A stretch of 56,601 nucleotides of DNA from Rozella allomycis CSF55 (Eukaryota): NCBI GenBank assembly GCA_000442015.1, contig KE560757.1, positions 1-56,601 of the forward strand, given 5' to 3'. The notes beneath the pieces were generated by a model. The model was not told the DNA's origin. It did not search any database and worked only from the letters and a program-made list of their open reading frames with translations. Position 1 is the stretch's first letter, and the number at the start of each line of letters is the position of its first letter. Shown piece by piece: positions 48,101 through 56,601 of this stretch. The position numbers and the translations under genes are program-made.

Positions 48101-49863
48101 GCTTTTGATTTTGAATCATCGAAAGAGAAACGAGAATCAAAAGATTCAAGATCTGAAATAGGAGAATTTATTAAATTTGAAGAAACGTTTAAAGAATTTG
48201 TTGAATTTGAATGAAATGATTGATAAATTGAATGATGATTTAAAACTTCATTGTTGTAACGATAAAGAGGCAACGTATGATGTTTATTCTCAACGAGAAC
48301 TTTTAAATTTTGTTTGTTCAAAGGGAAAATTGCAAAAGCGAAATTCTTTAATTCAGAATCATTAGAAGAACAATGTTTAAAAGTTAGAAATAAATAACAA
48401 GAAAAAATAAATTCATTTTTCAATTTAACGCAAACGGTTTCATTCCAATTTGGACTATTGTTGTGGTATTGAACAGAAGAATAGTAAACAGATTCTAATT
48501 TTTCATTCACTTTAAAACAATTATCTATAAAACTTCCATCTTCTCTTCTTAATTGAATCGTCACTAGAATATTTTTATTTCCAGATTTATGACCCTGGTT
48601 AAATTCTCCAAAGTTTAATTCAAAAAATAATTCATTAATTTCAGTTTTATTAAAGAGATTAAAAATGTCAATTTTATCTTTAATTATTAAACTAGTTTCT
48701 GGAATCTCTTTATTTAATTCATCATCTTTTTCAATTCCAATGCAAATATACTCAACTTTACTATCTTTCTCAATAGATAGATTAGAATAACTATTTATTA
48801 AATCCTCATGAATTAATCCAAAATTATTTTCTCCCAAATTAAATATTTTCATAAATCCTTCTTGGCTCTCACTCTTTATCTGCAAAACTGCAACACCAAA
48901 AGGTCGCTTCATTTTTATTTCATTAATAGATTTTAAGTTCTCAAATGATCTCAAACTCATCATTGACGATCTTTTATTCTTCAAACTAAAATCTTCTTCA
49001 ATCATTTTCCCATATCTGTAAATATGACACACTAGAAATATGGTTCCATTCAAAACATCATTTCTCTTTACATTCATAAATCTAGTCTTAACATTTCCTA
49101 TCTTTCTTTCATCTATTGGCATTCCATACATAGTCAATGGTACCAGAAAATTATCTGAAATATATTCCTTTAATCTAGTATCATACAATCTGAAATTCAA
49201 ATAACTCATCTCTTCTGGTCCACAAATACTAGCAACACACGCTTTAAAATTTAATATTAAATTTATAAACTGGCTCTGATGCTCTTCTCGCCCTATTATC
49301 TCTTCTTTTACTATTAAAGGATTTATCGAATTGTATTCTGTAAAAATTTTCTCGACGTCTTCACTCTCATTTGCTACTATAGGCAATTCTAGTAATCTAT
49401 TCCCTTCTTTTATTAATTCAATCAAACGAAGAATGGCATCTTTATTGTGTTTTTCACTTATAAGCAATTCCTTCAATTCTTTTATCTCTTTGGTCAAATC
49501 CAAAATTCTAGAAAAATTTTCATATTCTCTATTCATTATACTAGTCTTTACTTTTTGAGACCACAGAAACAGTATTGGGGCAATTTCATTCAGTAACTTT
49601 TCCCTCACATCAATGCCACCTTCCAGACTAGAAAATGTTAAAAACTCATAACGCTTAATCACGGAACACGGAAAAATTCCCACTTTCCTTGTCAATACAT
49701 CAATTCCTCTAAACCAGCCGCTCCCGTGCCTCTCAATTACCACCACAAAGTCTCCAACATCAAGCGCCATTTGATATTTCGAACTGTCCAATGTTGATTC
49801 TACAGGATTAAATGGACACACTACTTTTCCCAAATATGGCTCTTCCAATAATGTCCAATTCAT
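45187..49863 (-). CDS. DOCK-family Rac GEF (SH3, DHR1/C2, DHR2; DOCK1-5-like)
   Basis: SH3 'GWFRG...VGIFP', C2 'YHNNSPNWNET', DHR2 'YYRVAFYGMRFP...LNGAIDAAVNGGI'. Likely start is MNWTLL at 49863. Confidence 0.92.
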   Translation of the reverse strand: MNWTLLEEPYLGKVVCPFNPVESTLDSSKYQMALDVGDFVVVIERHGSGWFRGIDVLTRKVGIFPCSVIKRYEFLTFSSLEGGIDVREKLLNEIAPILFLWSQKVKTSIMNREYENFSRILDLTKEIKELKELLISEKHNKDAILRLIELIKEGNRLLELPIVANESEDVEKIFTEYNSINPLIVKEEIIGREEHQSQFINLILNFKACVASICGPEEMSYLNFRLYDTRLKEYISDNFLVPLTMYGMPIDERKIGNVKTRFMNVKRNDVLNGTIFLVCHIYRYGKMIEEDFSLKNKRSSMMSLRSFENLKSINEIKMKRPFGVAVLQIKSESQEGFMKIFNLGENNFGLIHEDLINSYSNLSIEKDSKVEYICIGIEKDDELNKEIPETSLIIKDKIDIFNLFNKTEINELFFELNFGEFNQGHKSGNKNILVTIQLRREDGSFIDNCFKVNEKLESVYYSSVQYHNNSPNWNETVCVKLKNEFIFSCYLFLTFKHCSSNDSELKNFAFAIFPLNKQNLKVLVENKHHTLPLYRYNNEVLNHHSIYQSFHSNSTNSLNVSSNLINSPISDLESFDSRFSFDDSKSKASFEDNKSVNSQNSTGRSNKAKLTFSRDYVQVSSFFLSNRFTHNENLSDLLDWNNRKFTLRLTSILSNFLKVPKMDLILFHENSLNCLFEIFDYSFKSKQRSTVAGSSDLKLLSQVQLSSLNALIFTLNTIMEFDKDENILQNYLNHFNHSKVIPFIVQSLTIIIENHSEFQEFKEITLCFKYFLLLIKNSTQSDYLDFTINNFLNSLIQLMHNDSLDINIKNSIIVSFYSSLDLFTTRVNHLCSFIKSLPVNRNDSSNHVILFFIKIIQNETLNNKSVMNQICNKVNSLFETNIQIGQDIPNLLVSLLNSILQTDKSFFIENCFPLLEKIIGLNISSNHYLFTLKIVQNLKGEEIPILFIPKLFHVFNTIFTSNVFKSNWVSLYNSIHQIVFKFIFFSYEKELHLEQCFILLTTILSQQSFHKDYRLLNIEYREMIQKIENDVINLLEKIWAKCQTRVSLEFVEPTIILCSNKSSTISDFGISIFNHILSSIDIKSIRNIVLQVIDKDDIQYSSFFNSLYNSKDSKVASFAKEMMQFNDLLNSLHSIPQSIDFDSERCFAMSVIMQMYLENGLIDKYVSYLYKIIDCHVKASNWSQAAFALYEHAKMIDWDPNTYLEPFNDYPKESSFTRKCKIYDIIIDYFDKGNEWEKAIELCDEYSLVLKNNMNFIKLADILEIQAKLYRKLATVERFYPDYYRVAFYGMRFPIFFRNKQFIYQAALFEKISSFTEKIQNKFQSAKLMKNNELIDNKIKNDDHMNIQVKKVEIDLSQSSPLLPIIDSDYPEFTRKHTENSNIDCFFFDIPIIKSVNEEINEYSNLFAERICITSERSFPSFVSTCSIKGIQSIHLSPIKNACNIIYSKSRDLALLAKKTNISKSVSNPFTMALNGAIDAAVNGGIRKFHEAFKASPSNLTELKNLNSLIDEHLEIIKRSLKIHGDFVSNDLKPLHERMELLFIEMEKFNLGHKINFI

Positions 49864-50044
49864 GTCAATTGTCAATTTGTGGCTTACAGCAGCATCATTA
49901 AACGTGAAATTAAATATGGTAAAAATAAAATTCCAAAATACTTTCCGAATCATCAACATTATCATTATACCGTTTTCGTAATTTATGAAATATTTTGTCA
50001 CTTTATCCGAAAACGTGTCACACTCGGTCAAGCCATCACACCAG

Positions 50045-50641
50045 ATGAAACTTGCATTCGTTCCATCCGTACTGCTCCTTGTGACTGCTGCATCTGCAAA
50101 CTTTCTGCAAAATCCTTTGTCTGTTAGCATCATCAATCTCGAATCTCAGAAACGAAAAGATCCAGAGCAGGGTACTACGGTGACTCTTGCCCCGCATCTT
50201 TCATGCACACATCCATGGCTCACTTATAAAGTTTTAGAAAAGGGAGCACACGATAGTCAAAGATTTTCATTCAATTTGCATCCTTTCAAAGATCAGATCT
50301 TCAAAATCAGCGACATCAATGGAAAATATTTATCACTGCACTCTTCTCTTTCCGAAAGTCTTGTATTGTGCCATGGCGAAGAAAAGGATGGCGAATTTTT
50401 CAAGTTTATTCCAATCGAAGTAAAAGACGGAAAACATATCGGATTTCTGGCTACCAAAAATAACAAACTGTTATACAAGGGATTAAACGGATGGATGATG
50501 GCGATGGAAAAATCAGAATGGGAAATTGATAATATGAATTGCAATGAAAGCCATCGCGGTCATTTAAAGTTCTGCTTTGAAATCAGTTATCAATCAAGAA
50601 AAGTGACAAAGAAAGTTAGATTTAAAGATGTCATTGAATAA
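50045..50641 (+). CDS. Secreted protein, possible beta-trefoil (fascin/ricin-B-like)
   Basis: Signal peptide 'MKLAFVPSVLLLVTAASA', then 'FKISDINGKYLSL...EFFKF...FLATKNNKLL'. Confidence 0.55.
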   Translation: MKLAFVPSVLLLVTAASANFLQNPLSVSIINLESQKRKDPEQGTTVTLAPHLSCTHPWLTYKVLEKGAHDSQRFSFNLHPFKDQIFKISDINGKYLSLHSSLSESLVLCHGEEKDGEFFKFIPIEVKDGKHIGFLATKNNKLLYKGLNGWMMAMEKSEWEIDNMNCNESHRGHLKFCFEISYQSRKVTKKVRFKDVIE

Positions 50642-50657
50642 ATTCATTTAATTTGCT

Positions 50658-52304
50658 TTATTTTGTTTCTGTCAATTCAATGTCACATTCTTGCCTTGGT
50701 GTATTTTCCAAAGATTGCAATTTTTGTGAAGTTTCAATTTCGTCATAGAGAGCATGTATACTGCCTTGGCGTGTTAGAAAAGGTATTAAAAAACTAATAA
50801 ATGAATAGTTTTAATTCTTTTTACTTTTTGTCAAAATATTTCCATTTCCTAAGAAAATACTGAAGTTTGACCTTTTCACTGATCGACGCACGAGGGGAAT
50901 CTAATTCGGCCTCCTTAACTTCCAAATCAAGTTTCAATGCTTTCAAAACTGATATTGTTCCTGAGCCAATAATAATTAAACTGATAAATACAATGCACAA
51001 AGTTGTTCCTAGCATCAATTGTTTAAATTTACTTTCATAACCACTCATATCATACAGCTGAAATGCAAGAACATATGAAAGTGCTCCTCTTAAACCAGAA
51101 AAAAAGAAGAAGAATTGATGCTTGATGCTATACTTAAAAGTTGGCCTAAAATAATTTGCCAGCCCGCAAATCAAAAATACATGTAATCTCGATAAAACAA
51201 CAGCAACCTGGTATAATTAAAGTTATTTTAATTACCACTCCAACTGAAATAAACCCTGGATTATATTCAGGATGCTTATCACCAAGTGCCACAATCGACA
51301 GTCCCAGAAAAACAAATATAATGGTTTCAGTAATATGAGCAAACACTCTGATAACATCCTAATATTTAATATAAAGTAATATCACTTTGCTTAGCAGGGC
51401 ACCTTCGTGTGATAAATAATGGGCTGCATAGTGCGCAGTAGAAATTCCGCAAAATAAAATGCTAACCATTCCAGATAGTTCAAGCCATTCACCAAGTATA
51501 TATGAACTGTAGGCAAAAAAGAAAACAAAGGTAACCTGCGTGGCGGGCTCTTCAAATTCACAGTGTTTCAAAATCTTGGCAAGAAACATGCCAAGAAAAA
51601 TTCCTAGCAAAAGAGAGCCGAGAAAAACACCGACAGATTCAAGGGCACTTGTAAAATACATTGATGGATGGATTGATTCAGTGGCAAAATATGTCACAGT
51701 TCTATATATTATTAATGAAACTGCATCATTAAGCGCACTTTCCCCAAATATTGTGATATATAAGTAAGGCTGAATGGGAACTTGTTGGAGCACCGCCAAA
51801 ACTGACACAGTATCTGTCGCTGACATAATTGCGCCGAATGTAGCGGACTCAATAATCGAAATCGGATTTGAAGTCATTTTTGATCCGAAATATATGATAA
51901 CAAGCATAATGCCTGCACTGATAATTGTGCCAAAGAAGGCAAGTGATACAATTGTCCCAAAATTCTTGAAAAACTTTTTCCTTTTGATACTATAACCAGC
52001 CTTTAAATCACAAGAACAATAAAGTTACCTCAAACAAGATCGGCGGTAGAAGTACTAAATAAAAGAAAGAGGTATTCATTTTCATTTTCGACTGCATGGT
52101 TTCTAAACTAATCAAAGGTGTAAAAAACCGGATCAAGAATGCAACAATAGTGCTAAGTAAAACTGTTCCAGCTGCTTCTTGAATATAATTGTACAGCCAG
52201 CTTCTTTTTAATAATGAGTTCATGTAAAAGCATAGTAATACTAATGATATTAGAAATAGTTCTTGAGCAAAATAAGATTTGTAATCCACAATATTTTCGC
52301 TCAT
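50658..52304 (-). CDS. Na+/H+ exchanger (CPA1, NHX1/NHE8-like)
   Basis: 'FFYLVLLPPILFE|AGY', 'FGAIMSATDTVSVL', 'FGESALNDAVS', 'FSGLRGA'. Confidence 0.93.
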
Positions 52305-52421
52305 AACATAAACAAATAACGGTGCATTACAAAGCAAAGACCTATCTCAACAAATGCATGCTGTTGATTTTTAAATTTCAGGTCAGTTTTAACAGAACAA
52401 AATAAGAAATTTCACCATCTC

Positions 52422-54739
52422 ATGAAAAGTTTTTTAAAAGTTATTGGGACGGGTACTGGTGATTCAACACCATCGTTTTTACTATTTTTTGATCAACAAA
52501 GATATTTATTCAACTGTGGTGAAGGTTTACAACGACTTTTCACCCAGCATAAATTTCGATTCGGAAAGTTGGGGCACATATTTTTGACTCAACTGTCTTG
52601 GGAATCATTTGGTGGATTACCTGGAGCTATTTTAACTGTATCAGATCAAGGCTTTCCAGGATTTGAATTGTGGGGACCTTACGGACTCCATCATGTTGTC
52701 CACAGCTTACGCTCATTTGTAATGAGGTAAATATATGTTTAATGAATAATTTAAAGACCAAATTTTGTTGTTACGTTAAAAGAGATTGCCGAAGATGATG
52801 TCCGAGAATTTAAAGATGAGAACATTACAATGAAACTTGTTAAAATAATTTCAACTCAAACCTCAAATAAAGGCTCTGTAGAAAAACCAAAGATTTCCAA
52901 GAAAGGATTTTTCTCGCCGGCTGTGAACGATGTATTGAAAAATAGTTTTGAGGCAATTATGTCCAAGCAAAAGGAATCGGTAATTTGTTACTATTGTCAG
53001 TTAAATTCTGGCCCTGGAAAATATTCAGTCGATAAATCTAACGCTCTGGGCGTCCCAATAAATCAAAGAAGTAAACGTTTAGTGGTGTCGATAAATAAGG
53101 GAAATTAATTGACGGAGAAAGCATTGTGCTCGAAAATGGTACCGTTGTAAAACCAAGTGATGTTATACTTCCTCAAAAACCTGGAAAAGTTTTTGTTGTT
53201 TATGCCTGTCCATCCACTGACTATATTCCAGATTTAGAATTAAAGAAGAATTTATTTCACATTAATGGCGTTGAAGCAGATTTAGTTATCCATATAACAC
53301 CCGAGCACGTAATGAAGGATCCTAGATACCTTGCCATTGTTGCCCAACATCGAGGATCACAACACATGTGCATTCACGAGAGTTTAAGCGACAAACCTTT
53401 CATTTTCCCAGATTTTGAAAATTACCATCATGAGAAGTTTGATAAAATTGATACTCTTATTCACACACCTCTTTGGTCTGATGTTTCGCCTTTGAAAGCC
53501 AAGGAAGATATTATTCCAAATGAGAAACTAAAGATTGCTAAAACTTCCACAATTTTTCATTTTGAGCCCAAAGTATATTTGGATGAGAGCGAAGAAGTGC
53601 AAGGAAAACAGCTCAAGCTTGCAAATATGTTAGATAACATTCTACTCAATTTAGACCAAAAGGAGTCTGTAGTCACATTTTTTGGAACGGGATCATGTAT
53701 ACCATCAAAATATAGAAATGTTACATCGATTTATGTCAGAATTAAATCTTTTGAATTTTTATTTGACTGTGGGGAAGGGACGCTGGGTCAAATGGTTCGA
53801 CACTTTGGCTGTTCTCGGAAATCCGCCCTTCTGTCACCTTCGAATGATATAAAAGTTGAATTCTCACAACTTGAAGGTGTTGATAAAAAGTTGTTAAGCA
53901 TTCGATGCATTTTTATAACACACATGCATGCTGATCATCATTTGGGACTGATACGTATTATTTCTAATAGACAAAAGGTAAAATCGAGTGTACGCGTTAA
54001 TTAGGTACTTAAACTGCTAGTAAACCCATCTGAAATTCCAAAATTAACCATCGTTGGCCCTGGTCAACTAAAGACTTGGCTTGATCAATTTAACTTGGTT
54101 ATAGATTATTCCAATATTTATGAATTCATTGATGTTAATCAATTTGTGCAAAACAATAATTCTTGCTCAACTTCTGGTTTATCTATAGATGCCATCAAAG
54201 CTATTCACTGCCCTTCGTCTTATAGTTACATTATATCTGTTGAAGATAGCATAAAAATTGCGTAATTCATTTCCGACTCAATAAATAGGTTTTCTGGAGA
54301 TTCAAGGCCAAATCCTGAATTCTCGAAAGCTGCGAAAGGGGCCGATTTGTTAATTCATGAAGCCACTTTTGAAAACTCCCTTCAAGATCATGCGATCAAA
54401 AAGGGTCACTCTACAATTCAAGAAGCATTTGATGTAGCCAATGAAATGAATGCTAAATATTTGATATTGACCCATTTTAGTCAAAGGTATCAAAAAGTCC
54501 ACGATACTTATAAACTATTGGATAGCACAAATACATTTGATATTCCATATTTTCTGGCATCTGATTTAACTACCTGGAATTCCGATCTTTTAATAAATGA
54601 AAGAAATGTTGAATTGCACAGAAAGATTCGGTCATTCATCGATGAAAAAGAAAAAGAAAAATCCATAAACTCTCAAATTCCAGTTCAGAATGATAACAAA
54701 AACAAAAAACTGAAGAAAACGCAAACTGTACTTCAATAA
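52422..54739 (+). CDS. TRZ1: Long-form tRNase Z (ELAC2)
   Basis: 'RYLFNCGEGLQR', 'GTGSCIPSKYRNVTS', 'THMHADHHLG', 'LIHEATF', 'LTHFSQRY'. Confidence 0.96.
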
Positions 54740-54756
54740 AGCTCTTATACTTTATT

Positions 54757-55295
54757 TCATGGTCTTGAATGGGATTGATTTCTACCTCCTTCGTTTTGTT
54801 CCAAATTACTATATATGGGCAAATGAATATCTTACTCGTAGTCATTTTCAGTTTTAGAGAGCAACCTATTGCGTTCCATTGGATCTTTAGCACTGATGTA
54901 CTTTATATACATTTGCTTGACCTTCTTTTTTGTTGCCTCACCCATACCGGAAAGTTTCGCTACCCAATCGCTTTCAGATTTTACTTCAGCTTCACCATTT
55001 TCTAATCTCGACTCAAAATTTACTCATTACCTGACACTGACCTTCTGAATTCTCCGTCCATTTGTAGCTCATTGACGAAGGTCTCATCTTGCAAACTTCT
55101 TGCAAATAATTCATCCTCTCTAATTTGTGCCGCCCTTGCCCTCTCGTCTGGCGGACTGTCATCGGACATTTCAAGCAAAACATTCAGTGTTCTTTCAAAG
55201 TCACCCTGATTGGATGAAAACACAGAAGAAATTATTTCCTTATCTAATTGGGGAAATATACAATGCAATGAATCCACATTATCAGTGTCAGACAT
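54757..55295 (-). CDS. CUE-domain protein (CUEDC1/Cue5-like)
   Basis: 'LHCIFPQLDKEIISSV...LLEMS', 'QIREDELFARSLQDE', 'KLSGMGEATKKKV'. Confidence 0.8.
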
Positions 55296-55570
55296 ATTTT
55301 AAGTTTTGTTTAATGGGAAACAGAAATCCGAAATCTCCATAATTTAAATTAGGGAGTTCAACAAGATGATCCATTAAGTCCACTTCTTTTGGGCTTATTT
55401 TATAGAATTTATTCATAGGAGTTAGTGTTGAAAAAGTTGCGAACTGTGCTTTTATACCTTCTTTTTCTCAGACATATAATTTGACCAAATGAGGAACTTT
55501 CATGAAACTCTCAGATTAAAGAATGATTGGATTCAGCAGGTGATGGAATTGCATAATCAAGTGGTGGGTG

Positions 55571-55914
55571 AGCTTGCTGTCTTAAACGCCGATTTAAATA
55601 AGATTTTGCCATACATAAAAGGGGTCACTGGGCTGCTTCTCAGCTCCCTGATCAATCTTAATGCATTCCCTTTTCAGAGATCATCTGATGTGGGAAATGT
55701 TTTTTAATAATGTGATATATTTGTCCGGTATACTTTCAATGTTGAAATCTACAATAAATGACAATGTCCCCACGTCACCAAACACTTTATTATCTATAAA
55801 TTGAAACAGGTGATCTCTGCCAAGTGAGTGCATTAAGATTAATTGAGAAGCAGCCCAATGACACCCTTATGTATGGCAAAATCTTATCCGAATTGGCGTT
55901 AAAGACAGCAAGCT
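55571..55914. repeat. Diverged inverted repeat, arms of about 105-113 bp (55571-55683 and 55811-55914) around a 127-bp spacer
   Basis: The reverse complement of the left arm aligns with the right arm (shared tgatctctg, tgcattaagatt, gagaagcagccca, atgtatggcaaaatctta, aagacagcaagct). Confidence 0.85.
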
Positions 55915-56133
55915 TCTTTTTAGGTAAATTTATTTCTCAAATTTACTTNGTGATCTCTGCCAAGTGAGTGCATTAAGATTAATTGAGAAGCAGCCCAATG
56001 ACACCCTTATGTATGGCAAAGTCTTATCCGAATCGGCGTTAAAGACAGCAAGCTTCTTTTTAGGTAAATTTATTTCTCAAATTTACTTATTAAATACTTA
56101 TTAAAAAAATTGATCAAAATATAAAAGATGTAT

Positions 56134-56490
56134 TTATTTCGTTGAGTCTACAGATTCGGCTAAATTTGGGTAATTCTCAAAATGGGCTTGCTCCCACTTA
56201 CCTTTACCAACATCTTTTATGTCCACATAAAATCACATGTTACCTGCCTCATCCGAAATCCAATAACACAAGGCTAAGGTATCGTCCAAACCAATACCGA
56301 GAGAAGATAAGTTTGCTTCATCATCTTGTGATTGATCTTTATACGCAAGGCGAAATTCTTTGTAAGGCTTGTTAATTATTGATGAAAGCTTCTGCTTGAC
56401 ACTTCCTATAGTTTCATTCTGTGAACATTCAATGAAATAAGTGGTCTTATCTCTTCTGATTTTAATATGAAACGAAACCGGAGCAGTCAT
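56134..56490 (-). CDS. Elongin-B-like ubiquitin-fold protein
   Basis: 'IKIRRDKTTYFIECSQNETIGSVKQKL' parallels Elongin B '[24 protein letters not shown]'. One 30-nt intron. Confidence 0.7.
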
Positions 56491-56601
56491 GTTAAGGTAA
56501 AATGTTCACTCTAACTTGTAAATTTCGCATTTTCTCTTTGTTTATTAATGACAAAGCTAAGAGGATTGACATTTATCAGGGCTGCTCAGTCGTCAACTGG
56601 A

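Noticed and set aside
49864-50136. N-terminal extension of the 1649-aa DOCK ORF overlapping the + strand gene
   Set aside because: DOCK homology begins at MNWTLL (49863). The upstream part is probably fortuitously open.
55620-55780. Weak resemblance to a TPP riboswitch ('cctgatcaatcttaatgc') and U3 box A' ('tatactttca')
   Set aside because: Other required conserved elements and helices were not found.
55810-56088. 139-bp direct repeat
   Set aside because: The copies abut an N at 55949 and differ at 2 sites, matching the uncollapsed-allele pattern seen elsewhere.

Overview
Gene-dense, AT-rich eukaryotic nuclear DNA with about 35 protein-coding genes, intergenic gaps often under 100 bp, and uniformly tiny spliceosomal introns (26-33 nt in more than 50 reconstructed by hand). 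Gene content (fungal-type IDH1, SWA2, fungalysin M36, LCL2 and WHI3/SCW1, plus a ciliary GNW-motif protein, Elongin B-like, TMEM258 and CUEDC1-like genes) suggests an early-diverging flagellated fungus or opisthosporidian; Rozella-like is an inference. Splicing by hand recovered genes that the ORF track misses or fragments (OST5/TMEM258, mL41, MGR2, VPS68, TEAD). Main observations: (1) a TEA factor with an animal-type TEAD C-terminal YAP-binding/lipid-pocket domain that keeps the palmitoylation-site Cys; (2) two back-to-back mini-introns (28+27 nt) with a zero-length exon in RPB3, suggesting recursive splicing; (3) two probable GT-TG introns and frequent skipping of proximal AGs, suggesting length-measured 3' splice-site choice; (4) an intron-containing IucA/IucC siderophore synthetase; (5) G-to-C strand-skew flips across AT-rich cores inside single genes; (6) N-flanked duplications that look like divergent haplotypes. 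No rRNA, tRNA or CRISPR was seen.
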